From positions 558,001-622,000 of the forward strand of contig AP024667.1 of assembly GCA_024346625.1 (NCBI GenBank): 64,000 bases of DNA. The letters are read 5' to 3'. Within the stretch, counting starts at the first letter, position 1. The number at the start of each line of letters is the position of its first letter. The notes below the pieces were generated by a model. It worked only from the letters and a program-made list of their open reading frames with translations. It made no database searches and was not told the DNA's origin. Positions 1 through 11,295 of this stretch are shown here, piece by piece. The translations under genes and the position numbers were made by a program. Origin of the DNA: Williopsis jadinii (lineage: Eukaryota).

Positions 1-1207
1 TGTCATCATAGTTTGGAATGTTAATACCTGCTGGGATACCAGAGCCAGCAAAAGTCAACACTTCGAGAGAGGTGAAGTCTGGAGGCGTGAACTTGTCCTT
101 CTCAAAATCCTTTGACCATGGTAACAACTGGATAAAATCACCAGCGGATTCAACCAGTGCTTGAAACTTCTTGGTACGCTCCTTATTTTGAATTGACACC
201 AGAGTCTCCCACTCTCCTGCAACACCACCAGGCTCTCTATATGTTTCGATAAACCCAACGTTGGTCTCAACAACCGGGGAGAGATCCTTGACCCAGTACT
301 TTTGAGACTCTTTATGGGCCTCGATGGAACCGGTTTCGAAGGACTCGACGTAAGCTTCAATCATCTTGGTTTCGATATCGTTTGCAACGTAATCCTTGGC
401 CTTTTCCAATTCGGCAGCGATTTGAGCCATTTCACGGGAGTGATCTCCAAATTTAATTGTGAGCTTATAACCTTCAGCATCAATCTGGGGAGGGTATGTC
501 TTATCGCTTGACTTTAAAGACGAGGCAACGAGGATGTCATAATCAGTCTCGGAATTCTTTCTGATTCTCAAGTTCTCAAAGTAGACCTTGCGTTCGCCCA
601 GAATCTTCTTGATAGTGTCGATGTTCTCCTTGGAGACGTCGCCAAAGTAATAACCTGAAACATGGCCTTCAGAAGGGAAGCCTAGCAGAGCAGACTTCTT
701 ATCGATGGAGAACAGAGGTTCCTTGAGCTTTTCGAACAATTCCAATGATGCACCGGAGTCCTTGATGATCTGTTCAAACTCCTCTGTGGAGATACGTGGG
801 ATGAACTTCTTATCACCAAAGGACGTATAGTTACCCAAGTTTGCGAGGAATTGCGACGCATACTCCAAGTAACCTCTCTTCGACGCCTCAGCGATCTTGG
901 AGTAGTCGCCGTTGAGAGACTTATGAACATCCAAGATGAGGTCAAAGATGCCTTCAGACTCGTGCGACACCTGTCTCAAAACAACCCTTGTGCCCCAATG
1001 GCCAGCCTTCGAGAAGTGATGGGCATAGAACTTCTCCTTTTCAGTCAATTGGTCGAAGAAAGTCTTCGCAGTGAGTGACACGATTGGCGCCTTTGCATCG
1101 GCGTAGAAGTTTGATTTCTCAACGGCTGGTGATGACGAAGCCATGGCTCTAGTTAGTTGTATAGACTTGACCAGTATTTGTCTATGAGCTGTCAGTCGAC
1201 TTAGCAT
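1..1207 (-). CDS. Dipeptidyl peptidase III (M49 family), 5' part; runs off the window's left end
   Basis: Manual translation of the minus strand (absent from the ORF track): MLSRLTAHRQ...MASSSPAVEKSNFYADAKAPIVSL...EKFYAHHFSKAGHWGTRVVLRQVSHESEGIFDLIL...FEKDKFTPPDFTSLEVLTFAGSGIPAGINIPNYDD, typical DPP III motifs (YOL057W-like). In-frame ATGs at 1207 and 1144. Confidence 0.93.
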   Translation of the reverse strand, partial: MLSRLTAHRQILVKSIQLTRAMASSSPAVEKSNFYADAKAPIVSLTAKTFFDQLTEKEKFYAHHFSKAGHWGTRVVLRQVSHESEGIFDLILDVHKSLNGDYSKIAEASKRGYLEYASQFLANLGNYTSFGDKKFIPRISTEEFEQIIKDSGASLELFEKLKEPLFSIDKKSALLGFPSEGHVSGYYFGDVSKENIDTIKKILGERKVYFENLRIRKNSETDYDILVASSLKSSDKTYPPQIDAEGYKLTIKFGDHSREMAQIAAELEKAKDYVANDIETKMIEAYVESFETGSIEAHKESQKYWVKDLSPVVETNVGFIETYREPGGVAGEWETLVSIQNKERTKKFQALVESAGDFIQLLPWSKDFEKDKFTPPDFTSLEVLTFAGSGIPAGINIPNYDD

Positions 1208-1979
1208 GAAATGGTGATTCCCGGGAAACAGAGACGATGTGCTAACCTTCCACAGTTGATCACACACAGACACAAACGCTTATATACACACGGTATGGTT
1301 GCAATGCCAATTCCAACGCTGAGATGAAGAAGAGTGAGTGCTATGGTGATTAAACTGGAGAGAGACGCCCGTAGGCTCGCGTGCGCCACACACATGGCAG
1401 TGGCCAATTCCGGGGGTGAATGGGCCGGAACTGGTGCTTTCCCGGCTCGCTCCGTCGGCCTTGAAAATCACCATGGTAACGGATTAACTCTATGCGTGCC
1501 GCAGCAGGGAACTGACCCCCCCCCCCCTAAAACTGCACCGATGCTACAGAGAGATCAAGGCCAGGTCCGTCGCGTTTACTCAGCTGCCACCGGTGACTCC
1601 ACGACGCTGTAACAACACATCAACCGCTTCTGACGCCGTTTCGCACCCAAACGAGCTGTGTTGTGGCCTGCAATTGTGCTGTGACGGTGTTGAAGAAGCA
1701 GGAGCAGCATCAGCAGCAGCATCAGCGGCAGAAAGAACTCCCCCCCCCCAGCGCAAGCGAACAAGCCCACGGAGAAAACACAGAGGAAGAACGGGCGGAT
1801 TTAAAATTTTCAATTTTAGGTGTTGCAACCCCTTATCAAAGCAACAAACAAAGCAAACGACTCAAATACCAAAAGGGCGGTTAGATATACCCACAGCGCT
1901 CTACTTTTCTTTCTTCTACGGAAATACATCGTGTCGAAACTGTTAGCTTAAACGTGAAGAGCTCTTAGCGGTACAAGTA

Positions 1980-2534
1980 ATGGTTTCTTTCAAGAACTTA
2001 TGCCTCAGCGCATTGGCTCTCCAATGTGTGGCTTCGTCCTCGTTGTTTGCTCGTGATGAGCAGAACCCACTCAAGTCCACGATCTTACCCGGTGAGGAGC
2101 CTGTTCCAGGCGACTCACCGGTGGCTATCTGTGATGCTTCGCAGAAGCAGCTCTTGACGATCGACTTGGTTGATATTGTTCCTAATCCTCCAGCACGTGG
2201 TGCGAACCTCACTGTGGCCGCAGTTGGTCACCTCCACGAACTGGTTGAGGAAGGTGCGTACGTTGATGTTGACGTGAGATACGGGTACATCAAGCTCATC
2301 TCACAGACCTATGACCTGTGTGACGAGGTTGGCGAAGTGGACCTGAAGTGTCCTTTGAAGCCAGGCGAGTACAAACTCTCAAAGACTGTGGAGATTCCGA
2401 ACGAAGTTCCTCCAGGAAAGTACGTGGTGTACGCTAGAGCTTTCACCAAAGATGACAAGTATCTCGCATGCATCACTGCCACAGTTGTCTTTGACGTGGA
2501 CTCCTGGAAGATCTTGGGGATAGGCCGTGATTAG
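1980..2534 (+). CDS. NPC2: ML-domain sterol/phospholipid transfer protein (Npc2)
   Basis: Signal peptide; VPGDSP..C, PNPP.RG.NLT, GAYVDVDVRYGYIKL, DLC...CP, IPNEVPPGKY.V motifs. Confidence 0.92.
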   Translation: MVSFKNLCLSALALQCVASSSLFARDEQNPLKSTILPGEEPVPGDSPVAICDASQKQLLTIDLVDIVPNPPARGANLTVAAVGHLHELVEEGAYVDVDVRYGYIKLISQTYDLCDEVGEVDLKCPLKPGEYKLSKTVEIPNEVPPGKYVVYARAFTKDDKYLACITATVVFDVDSWKILGIGRD

Positions 2535-2729
2535 AGACCTCACTCCCAGCACCCCATTAATGTGTTAATCTCTTTTTTTATATACAACTCATGTTATCAC
2601 TATTAATGTTATAGTTATTTGCAATCATCACGCTATATTCATATGTAATCTCATAACTTTTGCTGTGTGTGCTTTTATGACGCTGTAAATTATCTAGCAG
2701 GCGATGGTTTAAGATGTAAATTAGTTCAT

Positions 2730-4004
2730 TCATGAGTTCCCACCGCTCAATAACCCTGTGGAGTCTGTACCAGGTTCAACTTCACTGGCACCGTGGAGTT
2801 GAGATGATGATTGTTGTTGGTTGTGCAATTCGTGGTCGTTTATGCTGTTATATTCAACTGAGTGGATTACTCCGTACGTCTCGTTATTCTCCAGATTGTA
2901 TTTGATAATGTGATATCTCTTCAGAATCTTCCGCAATTGCCATTTTAGTGGAATAAATGGTAGGTAACCATTTCTCTCTTGGAAAAGCTTGATCTTTAAC
3001 ATGGCAATAACAAATGCCCAGTACGCCCAATAACTCAGTATTGAACCATAAGTCGCAGTGTTTTGCCAGCCCACAAGAGCATTCAAAAGCATCCATCCAC
3101 CGTCATTAACACCACTACAGCAGTTCACATGCCAAATTGTGTTCGCAATGTCATACGATCCCGGCCCATTGCCAACTTCTGTCATATCCTGACCGTTACA
3201 CCGTTGCACGTACTGTTCCAACTCAAAGAACCAGACACCACGGGACATCAACCCCGCAGAAACGATGTACAAGAAACAGGTCGAACCTATCAAGAAGATC
3301 TGTAGTTTCATCTTATTCCCACCTTTGTAAAGTGACACACCGATTAAAGAACCTATGGTGAATGCCAAAATGATGGAAAGAGGCAATGAAGACACAGGCT
3401 CAGAAGCCGACACTCCGCTAATCACAAAGATCGCCTCCAACCCTTCTCTGAGCAAAGTCACAAGAGGCAACACCATCAATGAGTACTTCTCAGCGTACTT
3501 CTTAAACCAGCCTCTGATGCCGCGCTTGTGCTGTGGCCCTTCAACGATGTCTTCCTCATCAACGCCTGTTGGATCAGTCGCAAACTGCTTCGCCATATCT
3601 TTACTCAACTTGGCTTGCCATTTCTTTTGCATCGAGTTCATTCTCAAGAGCGAGAGGCCCATCACAGAGATAATGAAACTGGAGAGCACGCTGAAGACCG
3701 CTTCCCAAACCCTCTCGTACGTCGTCCAATAGTTTGTACCGATCAGATAAAACAACGCAATGAACACAGCGCCTATCGCCAAGCAAATCGCCAACCCTAT
3801 GAACGCACCGAGCCAGACCTGTAGTTGTAGAGATCTGTATACCGCCTTGTCGATGTGAACACGGTTCTCTTCCGCCCTGTGCTCATTCGTCGTGAAGTTT
3901 TGCTTGAGGAAAGAGAGCAAGATGGAAATGACAATCGCAGACTCGAACGTCTCACGTAGAAGCACAAAGAACACCTTGAAGCTGATCAACGAGGTTAGAT
4001 TCAT
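2730..4004 (-). CDS. FTH1: FTR1-family iron permease, closest to vacuolar Fth1
   Basis: Two RExxE motifs (LLRETFE, LLREGLE); CNGQDMTEVGNGPGSYDI..WHVNCC and GYLPFIPLKWQ segments are Fth1-like. Confidence 0.8.
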   Translation of the reverse strand: MNLTSLISFKVFFVLLRETFESAIVISILLSFLKQNFTTNEHRAEENRVHIDKAVYRSLQLQVWLGAFIGLAICLAIGAVFIALFYLIGTNYWTTYERVWEAVFSVLSSFIISVMGLSLLRMNSMQKKWQAKLSKDMAKQFATDPTGVDEEDIVEGPQHKRGIRGWFKKYAEKYSLMVLPLVTLLREGLEAIFVISGVSASEPVSSLPLSIILAFTIGSLIGVSLYKGGNKMKLQIFLIGSTCFLYIVSAGLMSRGVWFFELEQYVQRCNGQDMTEVGNGPGSYDIANTIWHVNCCSGVNDGGWMLLNALVGWQNTATYGSILSYWAYWAFVIAMLKIKLFQERNGYLPFIPLKWQLRKILKRYHIIKYNLENNETYGVIHSVEYNSINDHELHNQQQSSSQLHGASEVEPGTDSTGLLSGGNS

Positions 4005-4392
4005 CGCTTGTTCGAGAACGTAATCGTCACCACGCTGGACAATGGATTAAACCAAAACAAGTCGTGTTTGTTGTTTTTGGTTGAAAATTTGATGGGAAGG
4101 GCTCGATGGATCACCATGTTGTTTTTCCAAAGCGGATCAACACCGCCAATCACACACTGACAAAAGACATACGCCGGGGATTGGACGTGGCGGACTTCAG
4201 CAGGGTGGTGATAGAGGCACACGATACAGTGGGTGGAGCGACTACGGGCTGACAGTGCTGAATGCGTGCTGCCGTGGTATGGCGCTGCCGCTGTTGCTGA
4301 TTGTATGACGAGTCCCGTTCTACACTCATGGTGAGGCAATGTGTGTGAGGTATAGTATAAATAGGGTGTATGTGTATATGTATGTCTCCATT

Positions 4393-5517
4393 TTAAACGA
4401 TTCTGATGAACTGCTTGCCGTTATAAGCGTTCTCAACCACTCCCTTGAGCAGCTCCAAGATCTGGTCGTCAGAGAACTCATCCAGCTTCCAGGTGTGTTC
4501 GTTCACGTCCAGCTCTTTCAACTGCCCGGACTGGTAGAGCTTGACGAGCTCCTCCGTGGTTTCAATCTTTGACTGTGGGTCCTTCTTGGTGTTCTCGGTG
4601 ACCCAGTAGCCCTTACATGTCAGGTTCTTGAAGATGAACAACGACGTTGGGATGCTCACGGGCTTTTTGGACATACCACCGTAAGTGAACATCGTTGCGT
4701 TTGGAGCCAGCTTTCTCGCAATGTTGGAAGACGAGACACCGCCTACGGAGTTCAGCGCTATCTTGATCTTGCCACCAGTGAGCTTCTTAATCTCTGCGCC
4801 CACTGCACGGTCACCATTCTCGGTCTCAGAGATGACCTTTGTAGCACCTTGGGCCTCCAGCTTGGCCTTGACTTGGTCAAAGTCGTTACGGTCTCTAATG
4901 ACACTGAGCACGTTAATGCCCTTAGATTTGGCAATCTGAGCCACCATTTGGGAAACACCAGACGTACCAGCGTTCTGAATCAACCAATCACCCTTCTCCA
5001 GCCCGTAGTTGGAAACGAGTTGGTAAGCGGTGGCAGGGTTCACGGAGATGGTTGCACCAGCAACTACGGACAGCGATTTTGGCAACTTCACCAAATCCTT
5101 CTCCTGGGCAACGTTGTGGGACGTCCAGGTACCAAAGTTGGAGAACAATGGGATGACATGGTCTCCAACAGAGAGCTCCTTGACGTTTGGACCAACTTGC
5201 ACAATCTCAAAGAGACCTTCGTTACCGGCAATCGCAGCAGGCTCCTCAGTGCCGTACTTTGTAGTCTTCTCCGGCTTAGATGGATAGACACCTTCCAGCT
5301 GGTTGATATCAGACGGGTTGATTGGGAACCCCAAAGACTTCAGCACAACGGAGTCGCCCTCGGCATCTGGGATGGTGAAAGTGTGAACTCTGATCACATC
5401 CTGGGGAACACCGTGAGACGAGTAGATGATCGACTTGGCAGTGGTGATGGATCTGGTGGACATTGTCAGTCTTTCCAGTCCTCTAGTGCAACGCAGCAAT
5501 TGGGGAGAAGCAAACAT
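4393..5517 (-). CDS. ETR1: Mitochondrial 2-enoyl thioester (enoyl-ACP) reductase
   Basis: PINPSDINQLEGVYPSKP, AGNEGLFE, ATISVNPATAY, TYGGMSKKP motifs; N-terminal presequence. Confidence 0.95.
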   Translation of the reverse strand: MFASPQLLRCTRGLERLTMSTRSITTAKSIIYSSHGVPQDVIRVHTFTIPDAEGDSVVLKSLGFPINPSDINQLEGVYPSKPEKTTKYGTEEPAAIAGNEGLFEIVQVGPNVKELSVGDHVIPLFSNFGTWTSHNVAQEKDLVKLPKSLSVVAGATISVNPATAYQLVSNYGLEKGDWLIQNAGTSGVSQMVAQIAKSKGINVLSVIRDRNDFDQVKAKLEAQGATKVISETENGDRAVGAEIKKLTGGKIKIALNSVGGVSSSNIARKLAPNATMFTYGGMSKKPVSIPTSLFIFKNLTCKGYWVTENTKKDPQSKIETTEELVKLYQSGQLKELDVNEHTWKLDEFSDDQILELLKGVVENAYNGKQFIRIV

Positions 5518-6211
5518 GGTGTGATAAAAGAAGCGGGATACTAATCCAAATCAAAGCACAATGCGAAAGGGAAACCAGAACAGGTGGAGAGGGGAGGGAG
5601 GTTACCTTCTGTATGGGCAATTCCTACTATCTGTTGCCTTTTAACGGGAGACTCTTCTCTTAGCAAGAGACAATTGGTCCTACAGGGAACGGTTCAGGCC
5701 ACGCGGGCCTGCCACGCCCAACGGATTCTCCGTGTGGGGCAAAATGATTAAATCCGCCTGAAAGGAACAGCTAGAGGGAACGCATTTTGGCTGAGACGAT
5801 GGGTTCGTAGTGGGCGTAATCGCTCCTTCACCCCCTCCAACCGAGGCCTTCTAACCAGAACGGTGGTCTTCAGCTTAACGGGATCATTCTCTCCAGCCCA
5901 TCGTTCACAGACGCTGTTGGCAGACGCTGTTGACAGATTAGCGTGGTGTTCTACAAAGCGAGCGTGGAAGCCCGTATCCGGTCGGTTTAAGCACACTGTC
6001 GAACCGTTCGGTGCCCGCTCCGCGTCGCTCTGCCCCCGGATTTCGCAATTTCGCAAGAGAGAGTATGGCGCACCTCGGAATTGCACCCTTTCGGGCGACT
6101 TCCGACCTGTGTTCCAAAACCAAAACAAACAGCCAACTTCACCTTCAAAATCAAAACAAAGCAATAACGTCACGGTTGAGGGCGGATCATACGTACAATT
6201 CCATCGTGCAC

Positions 6212-7591
6212 ATGCTCACATCATCTACGAACAGCAGCGCGCTTGGTGGTGCTCGTCTCGGTACACAGGCGCTGGCGCTGGCGCCAGCGGTGGCCTGTGC
6301 AAATGACAAGGAGCCCATGTGGAGTGTAGTTGATGGACAGGCTCACGGTGAAACTGGCGGCAGCGCTTTGCACGGTCGGGACGCCGTAGACATATCAAAG
6401 AGCAGAAAGCTGTTGAAGAAGACGTCCCAGTCACAGCTGACGCCAAGGAAGCGAGCTCTTGCTCGAAAGGCTAGCCAGAGCACGCTGTTGGAGCCAAGTG
6501 CAAGGGACTCTCCCGCGTTGTCAACAAAGGGCTCTGTGGAGGAGATGAAAGGCTGTATTGATGAGGACAAGTCCGTGTTGTTTGAGTATACAAATGCTGA
6601 GATCTTTACGTTTGAAGAAATGCCGGATACAAACAACCAATCGCATGGTCGGTTGCTAGGGCATGGGAGGTTTGAACTGTTCCAGCTCCATCAAAAGGCG
6701 GTGAGTTATCTCCAATGCGGGTCTGTTGTTTACCCAATCCTGCCAAAGCTGAAAATACTCAAGATCTCCAAGAATCAGTTCATCCTGCCGCTGGCGAACC
6801 CGGAGCGATATTGGAGAATAGTGCTGCACACAGCAAATGACTCGATAATCAACGATCTGGAGTCATCGTTGAAAAGCATATGCCAATTTAGAAACCTGTT
6901 CCTTCAGTCAGTGGCCCCACCAACACCGCCGACGATAGCACCGATGTCGAGGACTGTACTCTCTGAATCGTCTCCGATAAGGAGAAACGTCTCGATGGGG
7001 TCGATGGCATCGATCAGCACCGCAGTGGCATGCTTCAACTTGGAATCTGAATCAGGGTCAAAGGCGTATGTTGATGATAACGTATTCTTGCAAGACTGCA
7101 CTTCACCTTTGAAAAAAACCAAATCAAATGCATCTTCATTGGAACTGGCTCTGGATAGCTTCTTTGAAGAGCACGAACAAGAAGTTACAAACTATTACAC
7201 CCCTGAGGCCTCTGTTCAAAGAGACTCTTCACCGAACATCTTGTTGGCATCTAGTCTGAGAACGCGAAACCACGGCTCGTTCAGCAGGTCGTCAAGATCA
7301 ATGTCACTATATCAATCTGAATCGTCATGGATGGACCCGTCGGACGATTATGAAGCTTCTACTCCAAGGACAGAAAAGTACATAAAGTTGAATCTCAACC
7401 CTATGGCCAAAGAACGTACGAGGGATAACCGCATCGTGACGGATCCAATATTCAGGAACTCGAGCAAGAACAACAAGAAAAACCCTGCGCATAGATATTC
7501 ATCTTACGACGTTTACAACATGCTGGGAGGATCCTCAATGGAAGAAAACTCAGACTCATCATTCAGAGGGTTTCTGAAATCATTCTTCTAG
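6212..7591 (+). CDS. INP1: Inheritance of peroxisomes protein Inp1
   Basis: Inp1-like core LLGHGRFELFQLH...YLQCGSVVYPILPKLKILK...NPERYWRI; adjacent to TOM40 and ERG2 as in S. cerevisiae (YMR202-204). Start codon uncertain (ORF open from 6011). Confidence 0.78.
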   Translation: MLTSSTNSSALGGARLGTQALALAPAVACANDKEPMWSVVDGQAHGETGGSALHGRDAVDISKSRKLLKKTSQSQLTPRKRALARKASQSTLLEPSARDSPALSTKGSVEEMKGCIDEDKSVLFEYTNAEIFTFEEMPDTNNQSHGRLLGHGRFELFQLHQKAVSYLQCGSVVYPILPKLKILKISKNQFILPLANPERYWRIVLHTANDSIINDLESSLKSICQFRNLFLQSVAPPTPPTIAPMSRTVLSESSPIRRNVSMGSMASISTAVACFNLESESGSKAYVDDNVFLQDCTSPLKKTKSNASSLELALDSFFEEHEQEVTNYYTPEASVQRDSSPNILLASSLRTRNHGSFSRSSRSMSLYQSESSWMDPSDDYEASTPRTEKYIKLNLNPMAKERTRDNRIVTDPIFRNSSKNNKKNPAHRYSSYDVYNMLGGSSMEENSDSSFRGFLKSFF

Positions 7592-7893
7592 CATTGGCCT
7601 GTTCAACGGGTGCTAGAAGAATACGAACACTATAATGAAGCAACATCCATAATGACCGACATTATTCAAGATGTCTACGACATCCAATACAACTCATACT
7701 ATATTACAAGAGTATGGATTGTGTTCTTTTTTTTCAAAAACAACATAATTTGTCTAATTTGGCACTAAATTTTGTAATTATGATACGTATTCACAAGAAA
7801 ATGAGTAGGAAACTCCATGAAGATCATCAAATCGTTACTCTAAAACAACATTGGTTAATGACATCGCCATCAATATCGTCATGAACAAACTGA

Positions 7894-9036
7894 TTAGATC
7901 TGTGGAGCACCTGGAACTGGGTTACCGTTGGCATCGATCAAGCCTTGTTGCATCAAGGCGAGCTGTTCAGATCCAGCAGTTTCGAAGGTCAAACCGACAC
8001 CAATCTTTGAAGCGTACTTGGATTGATCAATTTCACCACAGAAGAGAACAGAGACTGTTGGAAGGATTCTTCTCTCGAGGAAGGCAGCAACCTTACCAGT
8101 GGAGTCGACTTGGCCTCTAAAGACGGATTGACGGAACTCGTACTTAGCACCAATGGTGGTGACACCTTCAAAGTTCACCTTGAATGATGGTTGACCACCG
8201 AGAAGGGCACCACCGGCAACTGGGACAATCTGGGAAGACAATTGGGTTTCGATACCAGCCTCAACGTTCTCTGCAACTTTTCTCCAGAAGGAGGCGACAA
8301 GGGCACCTTGGGCTTGGAGCTGAGCACTAGCAATCCAGTTTCCAGCGTTGTAACGGGTGTAGTAAGAAACTGCAGCATCAGCTGGCATGGATGGTTGAGC
8401 GGAGTAAACGGTCTCCAAACCAACAGCCAATTTTGGAGTGATGGATTGCAAGATGGAACCAACAGCAACACCGGTGAAGTTTCCGTCATCGAGGAAGGAT
8501 GGGTTCAAGGCCTTCAAGTTCAGTGAGTAATCAGAACCTTGGAAATCTTGTTCAAGTTGGAGCATGGTTGGTTGGCCTCTGACAATCTGCAGAGTAGCCT
8601 TCGAGACGTTGAACTTGTCCCAGCCGTAGTTCAATCTACCAGAGAGGGAGAAGTCGTTGTCAACGTTACCCTGGGCAAAGAAAGTATCGGTTGCGTACAA
8701 TGCAGAGAAGGCATATGGAGGGATGGATTGCGATCCGATGGAGAAAGTGTGGGAGGTTTGGAAAGCCGGGTTCATGGAGAAGGCCTTGTTCAGGTCAGCT
8801 CTGAGACCTGTGAAGAAGTACTGGTTGAGGAAGACGTCTCTGGTGACCTCCTTGCTCAAGTTCTCCATGGTACCTGGGTTGGTCAGGTTGAGTGTGCGAC
8901 GATGCTCTGCAATGTTCTCATAGGCGTTGTTCAAGAAGGAGAAAAGTGGGTTGGAAGACCAAAGACCAGTTGGCTTTGGCTTCTCGGATGTGACACCTGG
9001 GATCTCAACGAGATCAATTGGCAAAGGCTGTGACAT
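7894..9036 (-). CDS. TOM40: Mitochondrial outer membrane translocase channel Tom40
   Basis: NPGTMENLSKEVTRDVFL..YFFTGLRADLNKAFSMNPAFQTSHTFS, GAKYEFRQSVFRGQVDS; probable start MSQPLP at 9036. Confidence 0.97.
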   Translation of the reverse strand: MSQPLPIDLVEIPGVTSEKPKPTGLWSSNPLFSFLNNAYENIAEHRRTLNLTNPGTMENLSKEVTRDVFLNQYFFTGLRADLNKAFSMNPAFQTSHTFSIGSQSIPPYAFSALYATDTFFAQGNVDNDFSLSGRLNYGWDKFNVSKATLQIVRGQPTMLQLEQDFQGSDYSLNLKALNPSFLDDGNFTGVAVGSILQSITPKLAVGLETVYSAQPSMPADAAVSYYTRYNAGNWIASAQLQAQGALVASFWRKVAENVEAGIETQLSSQIVPVAGGALLGGQPSFKVNFEGVTTIGAKYEFRQSVFRGQVDSTGKVAAFLERRILPTVSVLFCGEIDQSKYASKIGVGLTFETAGSEQLALMQQGLIDANGNPVPGAPQI

Positions 9037-9265
9037 TGCTGTACTATAAGATATGACGAAAACGGCTCTCCTCAACACACCTTCTCCGTCCATTTTTCAC
9101 TTTTTTGCTTGTTGGAAATTTTCTTTCGTCGGAGGCGAGGAGAGGCGGTACGCGCACTACTGATGTCCGGGTGTTGAGCTTTGCTACTATTGGGCACTAT
9201 AAGCTGTTATCATACTGTTGGTGTAATTGGGCAATGTAGTCCTTGGTTCCGAAGGCCTGTTGGGC

Positions 9266-9846
9266 TCATGAATCCTTCATTTCAACGTCTTCGTATGTCG
9301 CTTTGGCGTCGTGTGGTGGTACGATGTCGAAGGGGATTTCCGTTTTCATCTGCTGTGGTCCTTCTTCCTTGGAGAGAGGCAGCCTCTGGCTCACGGTGTC
9401 TTTAAACCGTTGTAGGATCTTACTCTTTGATTCGATGTTCTTTTTGAGTCTCAGCACCCTCTGCTCTCTCTCTTCAGGGGTCTCTGCCAGCCCGTGCATG
9501 GTTCGTAGGATATCCCTTGCCCTCGAGATGCGTACTTTGATTGGACCAGCCTGTGCATTCTGTGTTAGTAGCTTGGGCAGTGACTTGACCATCACACACT
9601 TACCGCATTTTCAACATCCTGTGGCCGTAGAGCATCGCTGTTGGCGGCCTCTACTATGTCCATCACCAGTGGAATCAGCTCTGTTCCTTTCAGCTCTTCA
9701 AGTGCTCTCTCCGTGTTGAGCCATATCTTCTCCTCTTCTGTCTGCTGTTGCTGTTGATGCTGTAGATTTAGAGGAGTCCTCAACGGGGTCGCCGTTGTGA
9801 CGAGTGGTGAAGTAAACTGAGGACTGGTATTACGAGGAGTAGCCAT
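9266..9846 (-). CDS. CSE2: Mediator subunit Med9/Cse2; exons 9846-9604 and 9550-9266
   Basis: Splicing joins two ORF-track fragments in frame: PQDVENA|AGPIKVRISRARDILRTMHGLAETPEEREQRV..LKKNIESK, a Med9-like coiled coil. Lies near LRO1/NRM1/ATG3 as in S. cerevisiae YNR007-010. Confidence 0.8.
9551..9603 (-). other. Spliceosomal intron (53 nt) in MED9
   Basis: GTAAGT donor, TACTAAC branch point (9570-9564), CAG acceptor; phase 0, restores the frame. Confidence 0.9.
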
Positions 9847-10052
9847 ATCAACGTTGTATAGACATGTAAATGAACTTTCAGTAGGACGAAAGCGTCTCTA
9901 AACCCATAACTTTTCGTTGAAGTGGAAATGGATTAAACACCCGGACATCACGATAATATCTATATAGGCCATACAGCCCGTGATATATGAATAGGGTACA
10001 ATTCTGTTATAATGTTCAAGGTCAATTATACGTTCTATATATGGAAATGTAT

Positions 10053-10709
10053 CTAAAACTTACCTCTGAGGATTGATTCGATCATGGCCTTTGCAGTGAG
10101 GTAAACGGTTCTGTACAAGGTGTAGACATCCAATGTTGAGAAGAACGCATCGGCAAAACCAAACGGTAGCATCGCAGGAATCCAGCCTTGGGCCAATTCC
10201 AACGCATATGCTCCTGATGGCATCATGTATTGCTTTTGGAATCCCTTTTGCAAATGGTGGGTCTCACCAGGCTTGTAGATCTCTGGGAACACAGCGTTGG
10301 GCAAGCCGGCTCTTTGTTCACCAACAAGGATTGTGAAGTAGTCGTCTGCGAAATGAACACCAGTATGGCCCTCTGTACCGGTAGCGGTACCAAAGAAGAT
10401 CAGATACTCGGAAATGGAGGCATGAAGGATAAACATGTTTCCCATGGCACCACCGGCGTTGTTGAAGACCCAGTCATCAGAGTTCAACGCGTTGATGTTG
10501 TCTCCATATTTGGCCTTCAGCTCCTGCGCGAGATCTTGCATGATCTCAGTGGTGTTGTTATCCGGGTGTCTTGCCAACACTTCGTTGGAGATCTCGTTCA
10601 GAGTGACAGGGTCGAAGATGAAGTTCGATGGTAACCAGGTGTCGAACAGCTTGTCCAAAACACCATAGATCGTCAACACCAGGGGCAGTACCCAGAACGC
10701 AGTCTTCAT
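10053..10709 (-). CDS. ERG2: C-8 sterol isomerase
   Basis: [63 protein letters not shown]. Confidence 0.97.
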   Translation of the reverse strand: MKTAFWVLPLVLTIYGVLDKLFDTWLPSNFIFDPVTLNEISNEVLARHPDNNTTEIMQDLAQELKAKYGDNINALNSDDWVFNNAGGAMGNMFILHASISEYLIFFGTATGTEGHTGVHFADDYFTILVGEQRAGLPNAVFPEIYKPGETHHLQKGFQKQYMMPSGAYALELAQGWIPAMLPFGFADAFFSTLDVYTLYRTVYLTAKAMIESILRGKF

Positions 10710-10835
10710 TTTTGTCGTGTTTACAGAGCAACGATGTGGATGTTCGACGTGATGAAGGAAGGCAAAGATCACAAGTTTCCCACTTCGCTTGTTCATGGCC
10801 TTTCAGTCTTGACATTTCGAAATAACTGCGCAGCT

Positions 10836-10855
10836 TATACGACGGTGCCATACGA
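10836..10855 (-). promoter_or_regulatory. Sterol regulatory elements (Upc2/Ecm22-type) upstream of ERG2
   Basis: TCGTATA (10842-10836) and variant TCGTATG (10855-10849), about 130 bp upstream of the ERG2 ATG. Confidence 0.65.
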
Positions 10856-11295
10856 CGCAAACGGTAGACGACACACATTTGGGTATTGTCGTTAGGGGAC
10901 ACAGAGATGTGTAGAGAGCACATTTTGCTGCCAAACAGTAGAACAACCAATGAGGCACAAGCTCTCTTAATTCAATTACGATCAAGAGCAATTGGCTATT
11001 CTAAACTGACTGGATTGGTTCACCGTCTCGTGCTGTCTATAGTTCAGCGATTCCCACATCCCTTATCGAAGGACCAAACGATTATTTGTCAACATGGAAA
11101 GCAAACAATGGTGAAACGTCAGCGTTGCCCTGGCAACTTGGATCATCTAGCTTTCGCCTTGCTATTCGGATCTCCCGAAACTTCATATGCTCTCAGGTTG
11201 TTTTCTACAAACAGGACTCTCTGTAACAGCAATCACACTGCAAGACAGAGGCAGATAGGGGAACGAACACTGTGCTGATTCTCTGTGTGTGGAAT

